Part shown: positions 1 through 9,578 of the stretch, one piece after another
Layout of the letters: every line of letters begins with the position of its first letter
Numbering within the stretch: position 1 is the first letter of the stretch
Origin: Candidatus Bathyarchaeota archaeon
Lineage (GTDB): Archaea > Thermoproteota > CALKCG01 > B24
Assembly (NCBI GenBank): GCA_018396755.1
Contig: JAGTQM010000004.1
Location: forward strand, 17,099-81,098
Length of the DNA stretch: 64,000 bases
Direction: 5' to 3'
The notes under the pieces: generated by a model
The model's input: only the letters and a program-made list of their open reading frames with translations
Database searches by the model: none
What the model was told of the DNA's origin: nothing
Position numbers and translations under genes: made by a program

Positions 1-1745
1 AGGTTAGACTTTTCCGTCCTGAAGACCCTAGACCTGCTTTAAACCATGACTTAGATGTTCTTAGAGATACTGTAGAATCCGAGTTTGGAGTAGGAGCATT
101 CAGAAGAGTAGCAGGTGATGGCGTTATTCTCTTAAATAGGGCTCCTTATGCTGATATTGGCTACGAGGTAATTGGAGATGGCTATCTTCTAGGAAGTCTA
201 TTCTACGATATTAGGTTTTTTAAATGGAGTTTCAAACCCGTTAGAGCTGGCTGTTTAAGGCTTGTTGAAAACGGATACATGGAATCTATTAAGCTTGACA
301 GTTCTCTAATGAAGGGTCAAGAGGTTCCTTTAAAAGTTATAGACCATGGGTATGTAGCCATTGAAGACCAGTATGGTAGGGTTGTAGGAGTTTCCGAGCA
401 GATGGAGAACCGTTTAAGAGTCTTAAACTTGTGGAAGCCGATTGAAAACGTTGAAAATAGGAAGAGGAGCTGTCTACTAGATGCTTTAAAGGCGAATGAG
501 GTTTCCCTCCTCTCAATGGAGTCTAGAGGAGCTGCATCACTATACAAGATGCATATGAGGTTTAAAGGAGATGTCGTTTTATCTTTTTCAGGCGGTAAAG
601 ATAGTCTTGTAAGTTTGAAGTTAACGCTTGAAGCTAATTTAGAGCCTACGATACTTTTTACAGATACGGGTGTTGAACTACCTGAAACGATTTCAAATGT
701 CTACAAAGTTTCCTCGGAATTCGGACTTAAAATGGTTGAGGCAAAAGCTGGAGACGCGTTCTGGAGCGGGTTTAAGCTTTATGGTCCACCGGCGAGAGGG
801 TATAGATGGTGCTGTAAAACATGTAAATTGATACCGACACTTAAACTGTATAAAGACATGTTCAAAGGAAGGTTTTTAACGATAGTTGGGCAGAGGGCTG
901 CAGAATCCAGAGCTAGGCGGAAGAGGGGAAGTGTATGGATAAACTACTGGATACCCGACTGTTTAAATACAACGCCCATCAACAACTGGACTATGCTCCA
1001 TGTCTGGCTGTACATATTTTCAAGGAAACTTGAAAACCTAGTAAACCCGTTATACTTTAAAGGATTGGATAGAATTGGATGTTATACTTGTCCCTACTGT
1101 AATCTGGCTGAGTTTCAAGAAGTTAAACGTCTCCATCCAGAACTATGGGATCGATTAAATGGGGAGGTTGAAGACTGGGCCTTTAAAAACGGTTTTAGCA
1201 ATGATTATGTGAAATTTGCCTTATGGAGGTGGAGGAGAACCCCTAAGAAGATTGAAAAACTCATAAAGTTATCGTTCAAGGACACTATCCGTACATCTCT
1301 TAAAATCGAAACAGTTGAAATTATTAAAGATGCTCTAACCGTTATGCTTAATAGCCTAATACCATTTAATAAAGCGCTGGCATTAGCGTCAACAATAGGG
1401 GGTCTTGAAAAAACATCCGAAGGAGTATTAAAGTATAGAGAAGATGGTGTTTCAATAAGATTGCACTCTAATGGTGTAGTAGAAGCTTATGGTGTTGAAG
1501 GCTCCCCTCTCAAGCCTCTAGTTAAAGTATTGGTGCTCTTAGCAAGATCTATACTATGCTCTAAATGCGGCTCATGCATCTACTGGTGCAATAAAGAGGC
1601 GGTGAAACTGTTTGACGGCTCTATAACTGTAGACGCCGCACGATGTGATGGATGTGGGTTGTGTTCTGATAAGTGCCCTGCGGCTGTTTACTTTATGGAG
1701 GAAAATCTTCCAGTACTGGTTAAAGCCGTTGATTTACGTACCTAG
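1..1745 (+). CDS. PP-loop (PAPS/APS reductase-like) protein with a C-terminal 2x[4Fe-4S] ferredoxin domain. It is partial at the 5' end: the frame is open back to window position 3.
   Basis: SFSGGKDS PP-loop motif. CC...CxxC cysteines (WCCKTCK, CYTCPYC) as in APS/PAPS reductases. C-terminal CDGCGLCSDKCP ferredoxin motif. Frame 3 has no stop upstream of the first ATG at 279. Stop is TAG at 1743-1745. Confidence 0.7.
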   Translation, partial: VRLFRPEDPRPALNHDLDVLRDTVESEFGVGAFRRVAGDGVILLNRAPYADIGYEVIGDGYLLGSLFYDIRFFKWSFKPVRAGCLRLVENGYMESIKLDSSLMKGQEVPLKVIDHGYVAIEDQYGRVVGVSEQMENRLRVLNLWKPIENVENRKRSCLLDALKANEVSLLSMESRGAASLYKMHMRFKGDVVLSFSGGKDSLVSLKLTLEANLEPTILFTDTGVELPETISNVYKVSSEFGLKMVEAKAGDAFWSGFKLYGPPARGYRWCCKTCKLIPTLKLYKDMFKGRFLTIVGQRAAESRARRKRGSVWINYWIPDCLNTTPINNWTMLHVWLYIFSRKLENLVNPLYFKGLDRIGCYTCPYCNLAEFQEVKRLHPELWDRLNGEVEDWAFKNGFSNDYVKFALWRWRRTPKKIEKLIKLSFKDTIRTSLKIETVEIIKDALTVMLNSLIPFNKALALASTIGGLEKTSEGVLKYREDGVSIRLHSNGVVEAYGVEGSPLKPLVKVLVLLARSILCSKCGSCIYWCNKEAVKLFDGSITVDAARCDGCGLCSDKCPAAVYFMEENLPVLVKAVDLRT

Positions 1746-1758
1746 AGTCTAATGGAGA

Positions 1759-1772
1759 TTTTAAAAACTTTT
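1759..1772 (+). promoter_or_regulatory. Candidate TATA/BRE element for the porGDAB operon
   Basis: AT-rich TTTTAAAAACTTTTAAG sits about 55-65 nt upstream of the porG ATG. A GGGAG Shine-Dalgarno lies about 10 nt upstream of the ATG. Confidence 0.25.
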
Positions 1773-1824
1773 AAGCGAGGATTAACCTAGTAAACTACGT
1801 TTAAGTTTAGGGAGATGATATCCG

Positions 1825-2379
1825 ATGTGGGAAATCTTCTGGCTTGGCAGAGCTGGTCAAGGTGTTATAACCGCTGGTCACATTCTATCCGCAGCCGCTA
1901 TTAAAGAAGGGAAGCACGTTCAAGCGTTTCCACAGTTTGGTGCTGAGAGGCTTGGCGCTCCTGTAAGAGGATACACTAGGATAAGTGATGAACCTATAGA
2001 AATTCACAGTTCTATATCTAAGCCTGACGCCGCCGTCATAATGGATGTAAACCTCTTAAGAGACTTAGTTAAAAGCGGAAGCTTACCGGAAGCCAAACTC
2101 TTAGTAGTAAATAATGGTGGTGATAAGCAGCTTGCAAAGCAGATCGGAAGCCAAAGGTCGAACGTGTGGACTGTTAATGCTACTGGAATATCTATGAACA
2201 TATTTGGTAGAGTAATAGTGAATACTCCTATGGTAGGCGCTTTAATCAAAGTCATGCCTATAGTCTCCCTAAAATCGGTTGAAGAAGCCATTATGGAGAG
2301 GTTTAAAGGTGCTTTAGGTGAGAGGAATGTTGAAGCAGTACGTAAGGCATACGAGTCTGTGGAGGAGGTTAAACCATGA
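1825..2379 (+). CDS. porG: Pyruvate/2-oxoacid:ferredoxin oxidoreductase, gamma subunit
   Basis: GRAGQGVITAGHIL...FPQFGAERLGAPV, canonical POR gamma motifs. First gene of a four-gene overlapping operon. Confidence 0.9.
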   Translation: MWEIFWLGRAGQGVITAGHILSAAAIKEGKHVQAFPQFGAERLGAPVRGYTRISDEPIEIHSSISKPDAAVIMDVNLLRDLVKSGSLPEAKLLVVNNGGDKQLAKQIGSQRSNVWTVNATGISMNIFGRVIVNTPMVGALIKVMPIVSLKSVEEAIMERFKGALGERNVEAVRKAYESVEEVKP

Positions 2380-2642
2380 GCAAATATGACGTAGTAATGG
2401 GAGCGATAATACCTAAGCCTAGAAGCTCTATTGAAAATAAAACTGGCGGATGGAGGACTAGAAAACCGGTCATAGATGTGCAGAAGTGTGTAAACTGTTT
2501 AATATGTTGGATCTACTGTCCAGACACAAGTATTATCAGACTTGAGAAGTATGTTGCAGTAAACTACGACTATTGTAAGGGATGCGGCATATGCGCTGAA
2601 GAATGCCCCAGAAAAGCCATAACGATGGTAGAGGAGGGTTAA
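2376..2642 (+). CDS. porD: Pyruvate:ferredoxin oxidoreductase, delta subunit (2x[4Fe-4S] ferredoxin)
   Basis: Two CxxCxxCxxxCP motifs (CVNCLICWIYCPD, CKGCGICAEECP). Overlaps porG by 4 nt. Confidence 0.9.
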   Translation: MSKYDVVMGAIIPKPRSSIENKTGGWRTRKPVIDVQKCVNCLICWIYCPDTSIIRLEKYVAVNYDYCKGCGICAEECPRKAITMVEEG

Positions 2643-2645
2643 CAG

Positions 2646-3827
2646 ATGGTTAGACGCTTAGGTTTAACGGGGAACGAAGCAATAGCGTATGCCGTTAAAC
2701 AATGCGATGTAGGCCTCGTATCTGCCTATCCGATAACGCCGCAAACGATAATAGTTGAGAGGATAAGCGATTACGTTGCCAATGGGGAAATAGATACAGA
2801 GTTCGTATGTGTGGAATCTGAACATTCAGCACTTTCAGCATGTATCGGTGCTAGTTTAACCGGTTTAAGAGTGTTCACTGCTACAGCTAGCCAAGGCTTA
2901 GCCTTAATGCATGAAGTTCTCTACGCGACTTCTGGATTAAGATGTCCGATAGTCATGGCCGTGGCCAACAGAGCTCTATCTGCACCGTTAAACATACACG
3001 GCGACCACTCGGATATGATGGGCTCTAGAGACTGTGGTTGGATTCAGATATTTGCAGAGAATGTTCAAGAAGCCTACGATTGGACCATTCAATCGTTTAA
3101 GATAGCTGAACATCCTGATGTCCAACTTCCTGTAGCTGTGAATATAGATGGATTCACTTTAACCCACTGCTTAGAAGACATAGAGGTTTTAGAGAAGGAG
3201 GACGTTGAAAAGTTTCTACCCCCTAGAAAACCGATATATCGTATAGACCCTGAGAAGCCTATGACCTTTGGAGCATGGGCTATGCCTGAGTATTACTACA
3301 AGTTTAAACTTCAACAGCAGGAGGCTATGGAAAATAGCATTAAGGTGTTTAAGCAAGTAGCTGATGAATACGGTAAACTTACTGGTAGAAATTATGGAGT
3401 AATTCAAAGCTACGGCTTAGAAGGATCAAAGGTAGCAATTATGGCTCTTGGAAGCACATGTGGAACGTTAAGACACGTTGCCAAGATACTTAGGGAGACT
3501 AAGGGGCTTAAAGTAGGGGTCATAAAACTCTGGCTTTACAGACCAATACCTGAAGACGACTTTATATCAACCGTTGAAAACGTAGAAACTCTAATAGTTT
3601 TAGATAGAGCATTAAGCCCTGGAGCTGTATTCGGACCCCTTGGAAGCGACGTAGCTTCAATGATCGTTAAGCGTAATTTAGACTTTAGGCTTCTAAACTA
3701 CACCTATGGTCTGGGTGGAGATGAAGTTTCCATGGATCTCGCTGACAAGCTTCTTAGATTGGCTGTGAAAGTAGCGGAGGGCGTTAAACCTACTAGTTTA
3801 ACTGGATATTTGAGGGAGGTTGTGTGA
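2646..3827 (+). CDS. porA: Pyruvate:ferredoxin oxidoreductase, alpha subunit
   Basis: 393 aa. Typical POR alpha N-terminus (GNEAIAYA...YPITPQT). Operon position between delta and beta. Confidence 0.9.
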   Translation: MVRRLGLTGNEAIAYAVKQCDVGLVSAYPITPQTIIVERISDYVANGEIDTEFVCVESEHSALSACIGASLTGLRVFTATASQGLALMHEVLYATSGLRCPIVMAVANRALSAPLNIHGDHSDMMGSRDCGWIQIFAENVQEAYDWTIQSFKIAEHPDVQLPVAVNIDGFTLTHCLEDIEVLEKEDVEKFLPPRKPIYRIDPEKPMTFGAWAMPEYYYKFKLQQQEAMENSIKVFKQVADEYGKLTGRNYGVIQSYGLEGSKVAIMALGSTCGTLRHVAKILRETKGLKVGVIKLWLYRPIPEDDFISTVENVETLIVLDRALSPGAVFGPLGSDVASMIVKRNLDFRLLNYTYGLGGDEVSMDLADKLLRLAVKVAEGVKPTSLTGYLREVV

Positions 3828-4752
3828 AATGGTTACGATAAGAGAAGTCCCATTGGGAGAGTATTGGGGGCCTGGACATAGTGCATGTGCGGGATGTGGT
3901 CCATCGATAACCATTAGGTTGATACTTAAGGCCTTGAGAAGACCAACAGTAGTAGTTACGCCGACCGGATGTATGGAGATCGTTTCAAGCTCCTACCCGC
4001 AGACCGCTTGGGGTATACCATGGATTCATGTGCTTTTTGAAAACGCCGCTGCTGTAGCTTCGGGAATAGAAGCCGCGTATAAGTACATGGCTAAAAAGGG
4101 TCTCCTTGAGGAGAAAGTTGATGTAGTTGTGATAGCTGGTGATGGAGGTACCTTCGACATAGGTATACAGGCGCTTTCAGGCGCTTTAGAGAGGTGGCAT
4201 AAATTCACATACATATGTTACGATAATGAAGCCTACATGAACACTGGGATTCAGAGGTCTAGTGCCACGCCGAAGGGTGCGGCGACAACTACGAGTCCAG
4301 CTGGAGAGGTTATACCCGGTAAGCTAGAGTATAAGAAAAACCTGATAGAGATAGCTGTTGCCCATCACATACCATATGCCGCTACCGGTACGATAGCCTA
4401 CTGGAGCGACTTGATGGAGAAGGTTCGTAAATCCTTGGAGGCTGACGGACCTGCTGTACTACACTTCCTAGCTCCATGTCCGTTGGGTTGGAGATTTGAC
4501 CCATCTCAAACCGTTAAATTATCTAGACTTGCCGTTCAGACTAGGTACTTCCCAATCTACGAGGTTGAAAATGAAGTTTACAAATTGAACGTTAAAGTCG
4601 CTAAGCCTCTACCTGTCGAGGAGTTTCTAAAACCTCAGGGAAGATTCAGACACCTATTCACGCCGAAGTTTAAACATGTCATAGAAGATATTCAAAAAAA
4701 TGTAGATGGAAACTGGAAGAATCTTCTGGAGAAGTGCACTGTGGAAAAATAA
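3820..4752 (+). CDS. porB: Pyruvate:ferredoxin oxidoreductase, beta subunit (TPP-binding)
   Basis: GDGG TPP-binding motif and a CxxC...C cluster near the N-terminus. Overlaps porA by 8 nt. Confidence 0.9.
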   Translation: MCEMVTIREVPLGEYWGPGHSACAGCGPSITIRLILKALRRPTVVVTPTGCMEIVSSSYPQTAWGIPWIHVLFENAAAVASGIEAAYKYMAKKGLLEEKVDVVVIAGDGGTFDIGIQALSGALERWHKFTYICYDNEAYMNTGIQRSSATPKGAATTTSPAGEVIPGKLEYKKNLIEIAVAHHIPYAATGTIAYWSDLMEKVRKSLEADGPAVLHFLAPCPLGWRFDPSQTVKLSRLAVQTRYFPIYEVENEVYKLNVKVAKPLPVEEFLKPQGRFRHLFTPKFKHVIEDIQKNVDGNWKNLLEKCTVEK

Positions 4753-4761
4753 AGGTTAGGT

Positions 4762-6435
4762 TTAATCTGAAGTCTCCTCTTCTTTTTCTCCTGGAGGCTT
4801 TGGCGGTTTTTCTTCTTTAATCTTGCCAGCTGCTATGACATCGTCTATTCTAAGTATGCTTGTTGCTGCTTCAACTGCGGATTTTATGATCTGCTCTTTA
4901 ACGGCTAAAGGCTCTAAAACCTCAAGCTTATGCATGTCTGCAGTTTTTCCGTTTAAAACATCTACACCATACCATATATTGCCTTTTTCATGAATTGTTC
5001 TAAGCTCTACGATGGCGTCGATAGGCTCTAAGCCTGCGTTTTCAGCTAAGACCGACGGTATGACCTCTAAAGCTTCAGCGAACTTGAGGACTGCAAGCTG
5101 CTCTTTACCCGATAAGCCTTCAGACCACCTTCTGATTCTTAAACTCAACTCGAGTTCCGGAGCACCACCACCAGCTACTATGGCAGGGCTTTGTACGGCA
5201 TCTTTAACAACGCAGAGAGCGTCGTGAATACTCCTCTCAGCTTCTTCGACGACCTTATCGGCTCCACCCCTTATTAGGATTGTGACGCTTCTAGGATTCT
5301 TACAACCTTCTATGAAAACCCATTTGTCTTCTCCCACTTTACGCTCTTCAACTAATTTAGCGTAGCCGAGGTCTTCAGGCTTCAAATCCTCAATATCTGT
5401 GACTATTCTAGCCCCTGTAGCTCTTGACATCTTCCTCATGTCTGATTCTTTAACCCTTCTAACGGCTAGTATCCCTCTCTTAGCTAGGAAGTGCTGAGCC
5501 ATATCGTCTATACCCTTCTGACATACTACAACATTAGCACCCGTATCCGCTATTTTATCAACCATATTCTTAAGCATCTTAGTCTCCTGTTCGAGGAAGG
5601 CTCTTATCTGGTCTGGCCTCTCTATCTGGATTTTCGCATCTATCTCAGTCTTCTCTATTTCAAGTGGGCAGTTTAACAGAGCGATTTTAGCCTCCTTAAC
5701 GGTTTTAGGCATACCTGGGTGGACAACTTCCTTATCTAACACTATACCTTGAATAAGCCTTGTAGCTGTTATATCTTCCCCGGCTTTCTTCTCAACCTTT
5801 ATATCGTCTAAGTCGACTCTATAGCCTTCCTCATTCCTCTCAGCCACTTGTAGAATTGCATTCACCACAAGGTCAGCTAGAAACTCCTTGTTTTCAGCTA
5901 TAGCTTTTGTACCCAAAGAGGTCATAGCTACTTTCTTCAAAACTTCCCTATCCTCAGAACAAACCTTAATAGCGATTTCTCTTAAAACTTCAAGGGCTCT
6001 GTTAGCAGCAGCTTCATAGCCTTCAGTTATAACGCTTGGATGAATGTTTAAATCCAGTAAATCTTGAGCTTTTAATAGGAGTTCGCCTGTTAGAACTACT
6101 ACTGAAGTCGTTCCATCACCAACTTCGTTGTCCGTGGCTTTAGCTATTTCAACCATCATTTTAGCCACGGGGTGTTGTACATCCATCTCTTTAAGAATAG
6201 TGGCTCCGTCATTGGTTATCGTAACATCTCCTAGGCTATCTACAATCATCTTATCCATGCCTTTAGGACCCAGGGAAGTTTTAATCATTTCTGCAACTGT
6301 TCTGGCAGCCATTATATTAGTTGATAGAGCTTCCCTACCCCTCGTCCTAGAAGTCCCCTCTTTAAGGATTAATACTGGTTGACCGCTTTCAGTAACAACC
6401 GGTATTGCTTCCATAGATGTCATAAGTTCTATCAC
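4762..6435 (-). CDS. ths: Thermosome subunit (group II chaperonin)
   Basis: [34 protein letters not shown] and a charged GEKEEE tail. GTG at 6435. An in-frame ATG at 6423 is preceded by an AGGTGA Shine-Dalgarno and is probably the true start. Confidence 0.92.
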   Translation of the reverse strand: MIELMTSMEAIPVVTESGQPVLILKEGTSRTRGREALSTNIMAARTVAEMIKTSLGPKGMDKMIVDSLGDVTITNDGATILKEMDVQHPVAKMMVEIAKATDNEVGDGTTSVVVLTGELLLKAQDLLDLNIHPSVITEGYEAAANRALEVLREIAIKVCSEDREVLKKVAMTSLGTKAIAENKEFLADLVVNAILQVAERNEEGYRVDLDDIKVEKKAGEDITATRLIQGIVLDKEVVHPGMPKTVKEAKIALLNCPLEIEKTEIDAKIQIERPDQIRAFLEQETKMLKNMVDKIADTGANVVVCQKGIDDMAQHFLAKRGILAVRRVKESDMRKMSRATGARIVTDIEDLKPEDLGYAKLVEERKVGEDKWVFIEGCKNPRSVTILIRGGADKVVEEAERSIHDALCVVKDAVQSPAIVAGGGAPELELSLRIRRWSEGLSGKEQLAVLKFAEALEVIPSVLAENAGLEPIDAIVELRTIHEKGNIWYGVDVLNGKTADMHKLEVLEPLAVKEQIIKSAVEAATSILRIDDVIAAGKIKEEKPPKPPGEKEEETSD

Positions 6436-6462
6436 CTAAGACTTCAGAGAAGAAAAAAGAGA

Positions 6463-6471
6463 AATATAAAG
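6463..6471 (-). promoter_or_regulatory. TATA box (TTTATATTT on the minus strand) for the thermosome gene
   Basis: Lies about 40 nt upstream of the ATG at 6423. A short 5' UTR with an AGGTGA Shine-Dalgarno follows. Confidence 0.35.
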
Positions 6472-6670
6472 ATTTATCCAAAAAGACCCATATTCTTCAA
6501 TAAAACTTCGGGAACTCCTCCCTTTTTTACTTTTTTCTCAGCCCTAATATGGTTGACATTTTAATTCCCAGATGTAATAATTGGGTATCGAATTATACAT
6601 CCATCTGTCAGTTGATGTTTAACAATAGAAGCTTGGTTACGTAAATAATTCTACGGAGAGATAAACTCTA

Positions 6671-7270
6671 CTATCTATACTCTTCCCTATCTTTTCTCAG
6701 TTTAGACTCTGTTTTCATAGGAACTGTTTTAGATTTTGAAAGTCTAAATTTATATCTATCTCTTTCAACTTCTATTCTCAGAGGTACGTTTCTAATAGTT
6801 GTTGAAAGTTTTTTAACTGTTTCAAAGTCTATTGGCGTTCTTTTACCCATGTAGGAAATGACGACTTTAACTTCATTAGTCCCGTCTGGAAGCCAAATTC
6901 TATTAATAGTCCTTATACTTGCGGGTGCGAGAAGCTCCTCCAAAAACTCCCTAAAGCTACTTCTATAGCTTAAGACTCTAACCTTTTTACTGAAGATTTC
7001 ACCAAGTTCTCTAATAGCTCTACCGCCTTTAGATATAAGCTTAGCAACATCCTTCTGATCCACCAAGATGGCTAAAACATCGTCGACCATGTAGGCCTTG
7101 TAAAACGTAACATCTTGGAGCAGTTGACGATGTTGAGCTTCAAGCTTCAGAAGAGCTTTAGCAACTTCTACATCCAACTCTGAAATGACACCCATTTTAA
7201 GCTTCTCTTCACAACTTGAACATAGTGTCCCAGTTTTTAAGTCGAAGAGGCATACTGGTGTCTTGACCAC
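6671..7270 (-). CDS. KH-domain RNA-binding protein with an N-terminal Cys4 zinc ribbon (NusA-like)
   Basis: N-terminal CLFDLKTGTLCSSCEEK zinc ribbon. GxxG KH motif SKGGRAIRELGE. Stop is TAG. Confidence 0.45.
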   Translation of the reverse strand: MVKTPVCLFDLKTGTLCSSCEEKLKMGVISELDVEVAKALLKLEAQHRQLLQDVTFYKAYMVDDVLAILVDQKDVAKLISKGGRAIRELGEIFSKKVRVLSYRSSFREFLEELLAPASIRTINRIWLPDGTNEVKVVISYMGKRTPIDFETVKKLSTTIRNVPLRIEVERDRYKFRLSKSKTVPMKTESKLRKDREEYR

Positions 7271-8004
7271 ATCTATCTACCTTCTATAATCTCTTATCTT
7301 ACTTATGAGAATATTTTTACTCGATAAATATGTTTCGCTCAAATCAACGAATTGATAGAGCTTAGCCGGTCGTTCCATCATCAGAACTCAGCTCTATATT
7401 AAAAACATCACAGCCCCAAACATATATATTAGAAACTGGTTAAAATTAATTTTACAGCATACTTTCTCTCAAGCTTGAAAATGGTTCAGAGTCTGCTCGC
7501 TGTATTCATCCACAGAAGTGTCGTTAGACAGTGTCGCTCATCATCACCATAATTTCCAATGTCATCACATACTTTTAACTTTTATTGTTCTCTACGTTTA
7601 ACCACTTCCTTCCAAAAAGTTTGTTACGTAATTAAAAACTCACCATCTTCAGAGTACCTTAAATATATTGTCAGATAGGAGGGGTCGAGAAAGATTCTTA
7701 AAAGCCTCATCCTCCAGACCGACCTTGGAAACGAGTTTTGCTGCTAGTTTTCTAACCCTCTCAACCAGTTTAAGAGTTCTTCGGCATCCAATCCTCTTTG
7801 TAAAGAAGCTTTATTCTCCTTGAGGTCTACGATTACGTAGTTATGAGGTTTAATCCCAAGTTTTTCCCTCAAAGTCTTGGAGGGAGCACTATCTACCCCT
7901 TAAGTCCAACTTTCAATCTAAGCTTAACCATAAGTATCACAAAGTATTACTATTAGGTTTAACAACCTCACTCTATTCTATTCATTAAATTAGATACGTA
8001 CAAG

Positions 8005-9417
8005 TTGAAATACCTAATCGCAGTATTTGAGAAGGCTTTTAACCTATTAAAAACTATTCTTTATAGGGGTTTAATGGATTCTAGAGAGAAGATAACTCTT
8101 CTTGGAGGGGGAAGCCCCTTCATCCCATCCATGATTTACGTGATGCTTGAGAATAAAGAGGTTCTCGAGGACAGTGAAGTATGTCTTATGGATATAGACT
8201 CTACACGTCTTCCGTTGCTGACAAAACTAGCTGAGGAATTTTCTAGAAGAGCGAATGTTAAAATGACGTTTACTTGGACTACAGATCCTAGGGAGGCTCT
8301 TGATGGAGCTACGTTTGTTATGCCTGGTTATAGAATAGGCGGTGCGAAGCATATGATGTTTGATTTCGAAATACCGATGAAGTATGGAATATGTGGCGAT
8401 GAGACTGCTGGTCCCGGAGGCACGTTTATGGCTCAATGTACTATTCCGACTACTCTTGAATACTGTAGGATGATAGAGGATTTATGTCCAGATGCTTGGG
8501 TTATAAGCTACGTTAATCCTACGAATTTCGTAGCAGATGCCGTTCGAAGAGTAACGAAGGTGAAGTTTATCGCCATTTGCGACTGCTTCGCCGGCTTCGC
8601 TATGAGAACTCTCCCCGTGTGGTTGAACATGCCTCCGTTCGAGAGGAGATACTGCGTTAATGAAGATATAAGACCGCGTGCAATAGGCGTAAATCATAAC
8701 ACTTGGCTTGTAGACCTTCTAGTTAATGGGGAAGATGGCTATCCCTTACTCAGAAGTATACTTAGAAAATACAAGGAGAGTAGAGAGAAGGGCGTTCCAG
8801 TGTCTTTCCGAGGACCAGACGATTTTACAATGCGTCTCTTTGAAACATACGGCTATGTAAACATCTGTGCATATCACTGTCACATGTACTGGGAGCACAA
8901 TAAAGCTATGGAGATTAGGAAGAGAATACCTGAAGCGTCTCTATTGGGATAGTCTAAGTCGGCTTGGGACTTCGTCAACGAAATGCTTGCTGGCGCCGAC
9001 TACGATTCTAACCGCCCAGAATATTGCTTCCACTTACACCACGCTAGACATGCTATAGGGATAATGGTCAGCATTATCGCCAACGAGGGACGCGAATGGG
9101 GAGGCATAAACTTTCCAAATAATGGCGCCATAGGAAATCTACCTAGGAACGCCATAGTGGAAGGTCTATGTATAGTTGATAGAAGAGGAATAACGCCAAT
9201 AGTCGTAGGAGATCTTCCAAAACCATTACTAGGACTTACACTGCATACTTTAAACTGGCAAGAGCTTACAGTAGATGCAGTTCTTACAGGAGATAAAGCC
9301 CTCTTATATCAAGCTCTTCTGGCATGTCCCTATGTTCACGATATGGAAGCCGCTAGAAAGATAATGAACGATCTTCTAATAGCTCACGCAGAGTTCATGC
9401 CACAGTTTAAGAAATAG
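8005..9417 (+). pseudogene. GH4-family NAD+/Mn2+-dependent glycosidase (alpha-glucosidase/6-phospho-glucosidase-like) interrupted by an in-frame TAG at 8950-8952. The likely true ATG start is at 8074.
   Basis: ORFs 8005..8952 and 8983..9417 are in the same frame. The N-terminal part has the GGGS Rossmann motif and the AICDC region. The C-terminal part has INFPNNGAIGNLP...VGDLP, typical of GH4 C-termini. Alignment to the intact paralog at 47982..49286 is collinear across the stop with no indel. Confidence 0.75.
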
Positions 9418-9578
9418 CCGTAAGCAATTTGAAAAGAGGTCTTCAGAAGATACTATTTGAACGTTATATCTCCAACTATTTTTAAACTCTTTCTATATAT
9501 AGTCGTCTACAAGTTAGAATTGTTAATTTAACCGTTAAATATAAATAATTCCCTAAGATAACTTAATTTACGGTTGAA

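Noticed and set aside
7480-7570. Possible C/D-box sRNA (GTGATGA ... GGTGATGATGA on the minus strand) in the 730-nt spacer upstream of the GH4 gene
   Set aside because: C and C'-like boxes are present, but no correctly spaced D'/D (CUGA) boxes or terminal stem could be found.
7700-7880. Short minus-strand ORF of about 42-50 codons (TTG start; ...REKLGIKPHNYVIVDLKENKASLQRGLDAEELLNWLRGLEN) in the same spacer
   Set aside because: It is below ORF-track length and has no recognisable motif. It could be a small protein gene or a gene remnant, but the evidence is insufficient to call it.
8950-8952. Possible pyrrolysine or genetic-code reassignment of UAG in the GH4 gene
   Set aside because: TAG is used as a normal terminator elsewhere in the window, for example at 1743-1745 and 6671-6673. 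No pylTSBCD-like genes are present here. A single occurrence is better explained by a nonsense mutation, a sequencing error or readthrough.
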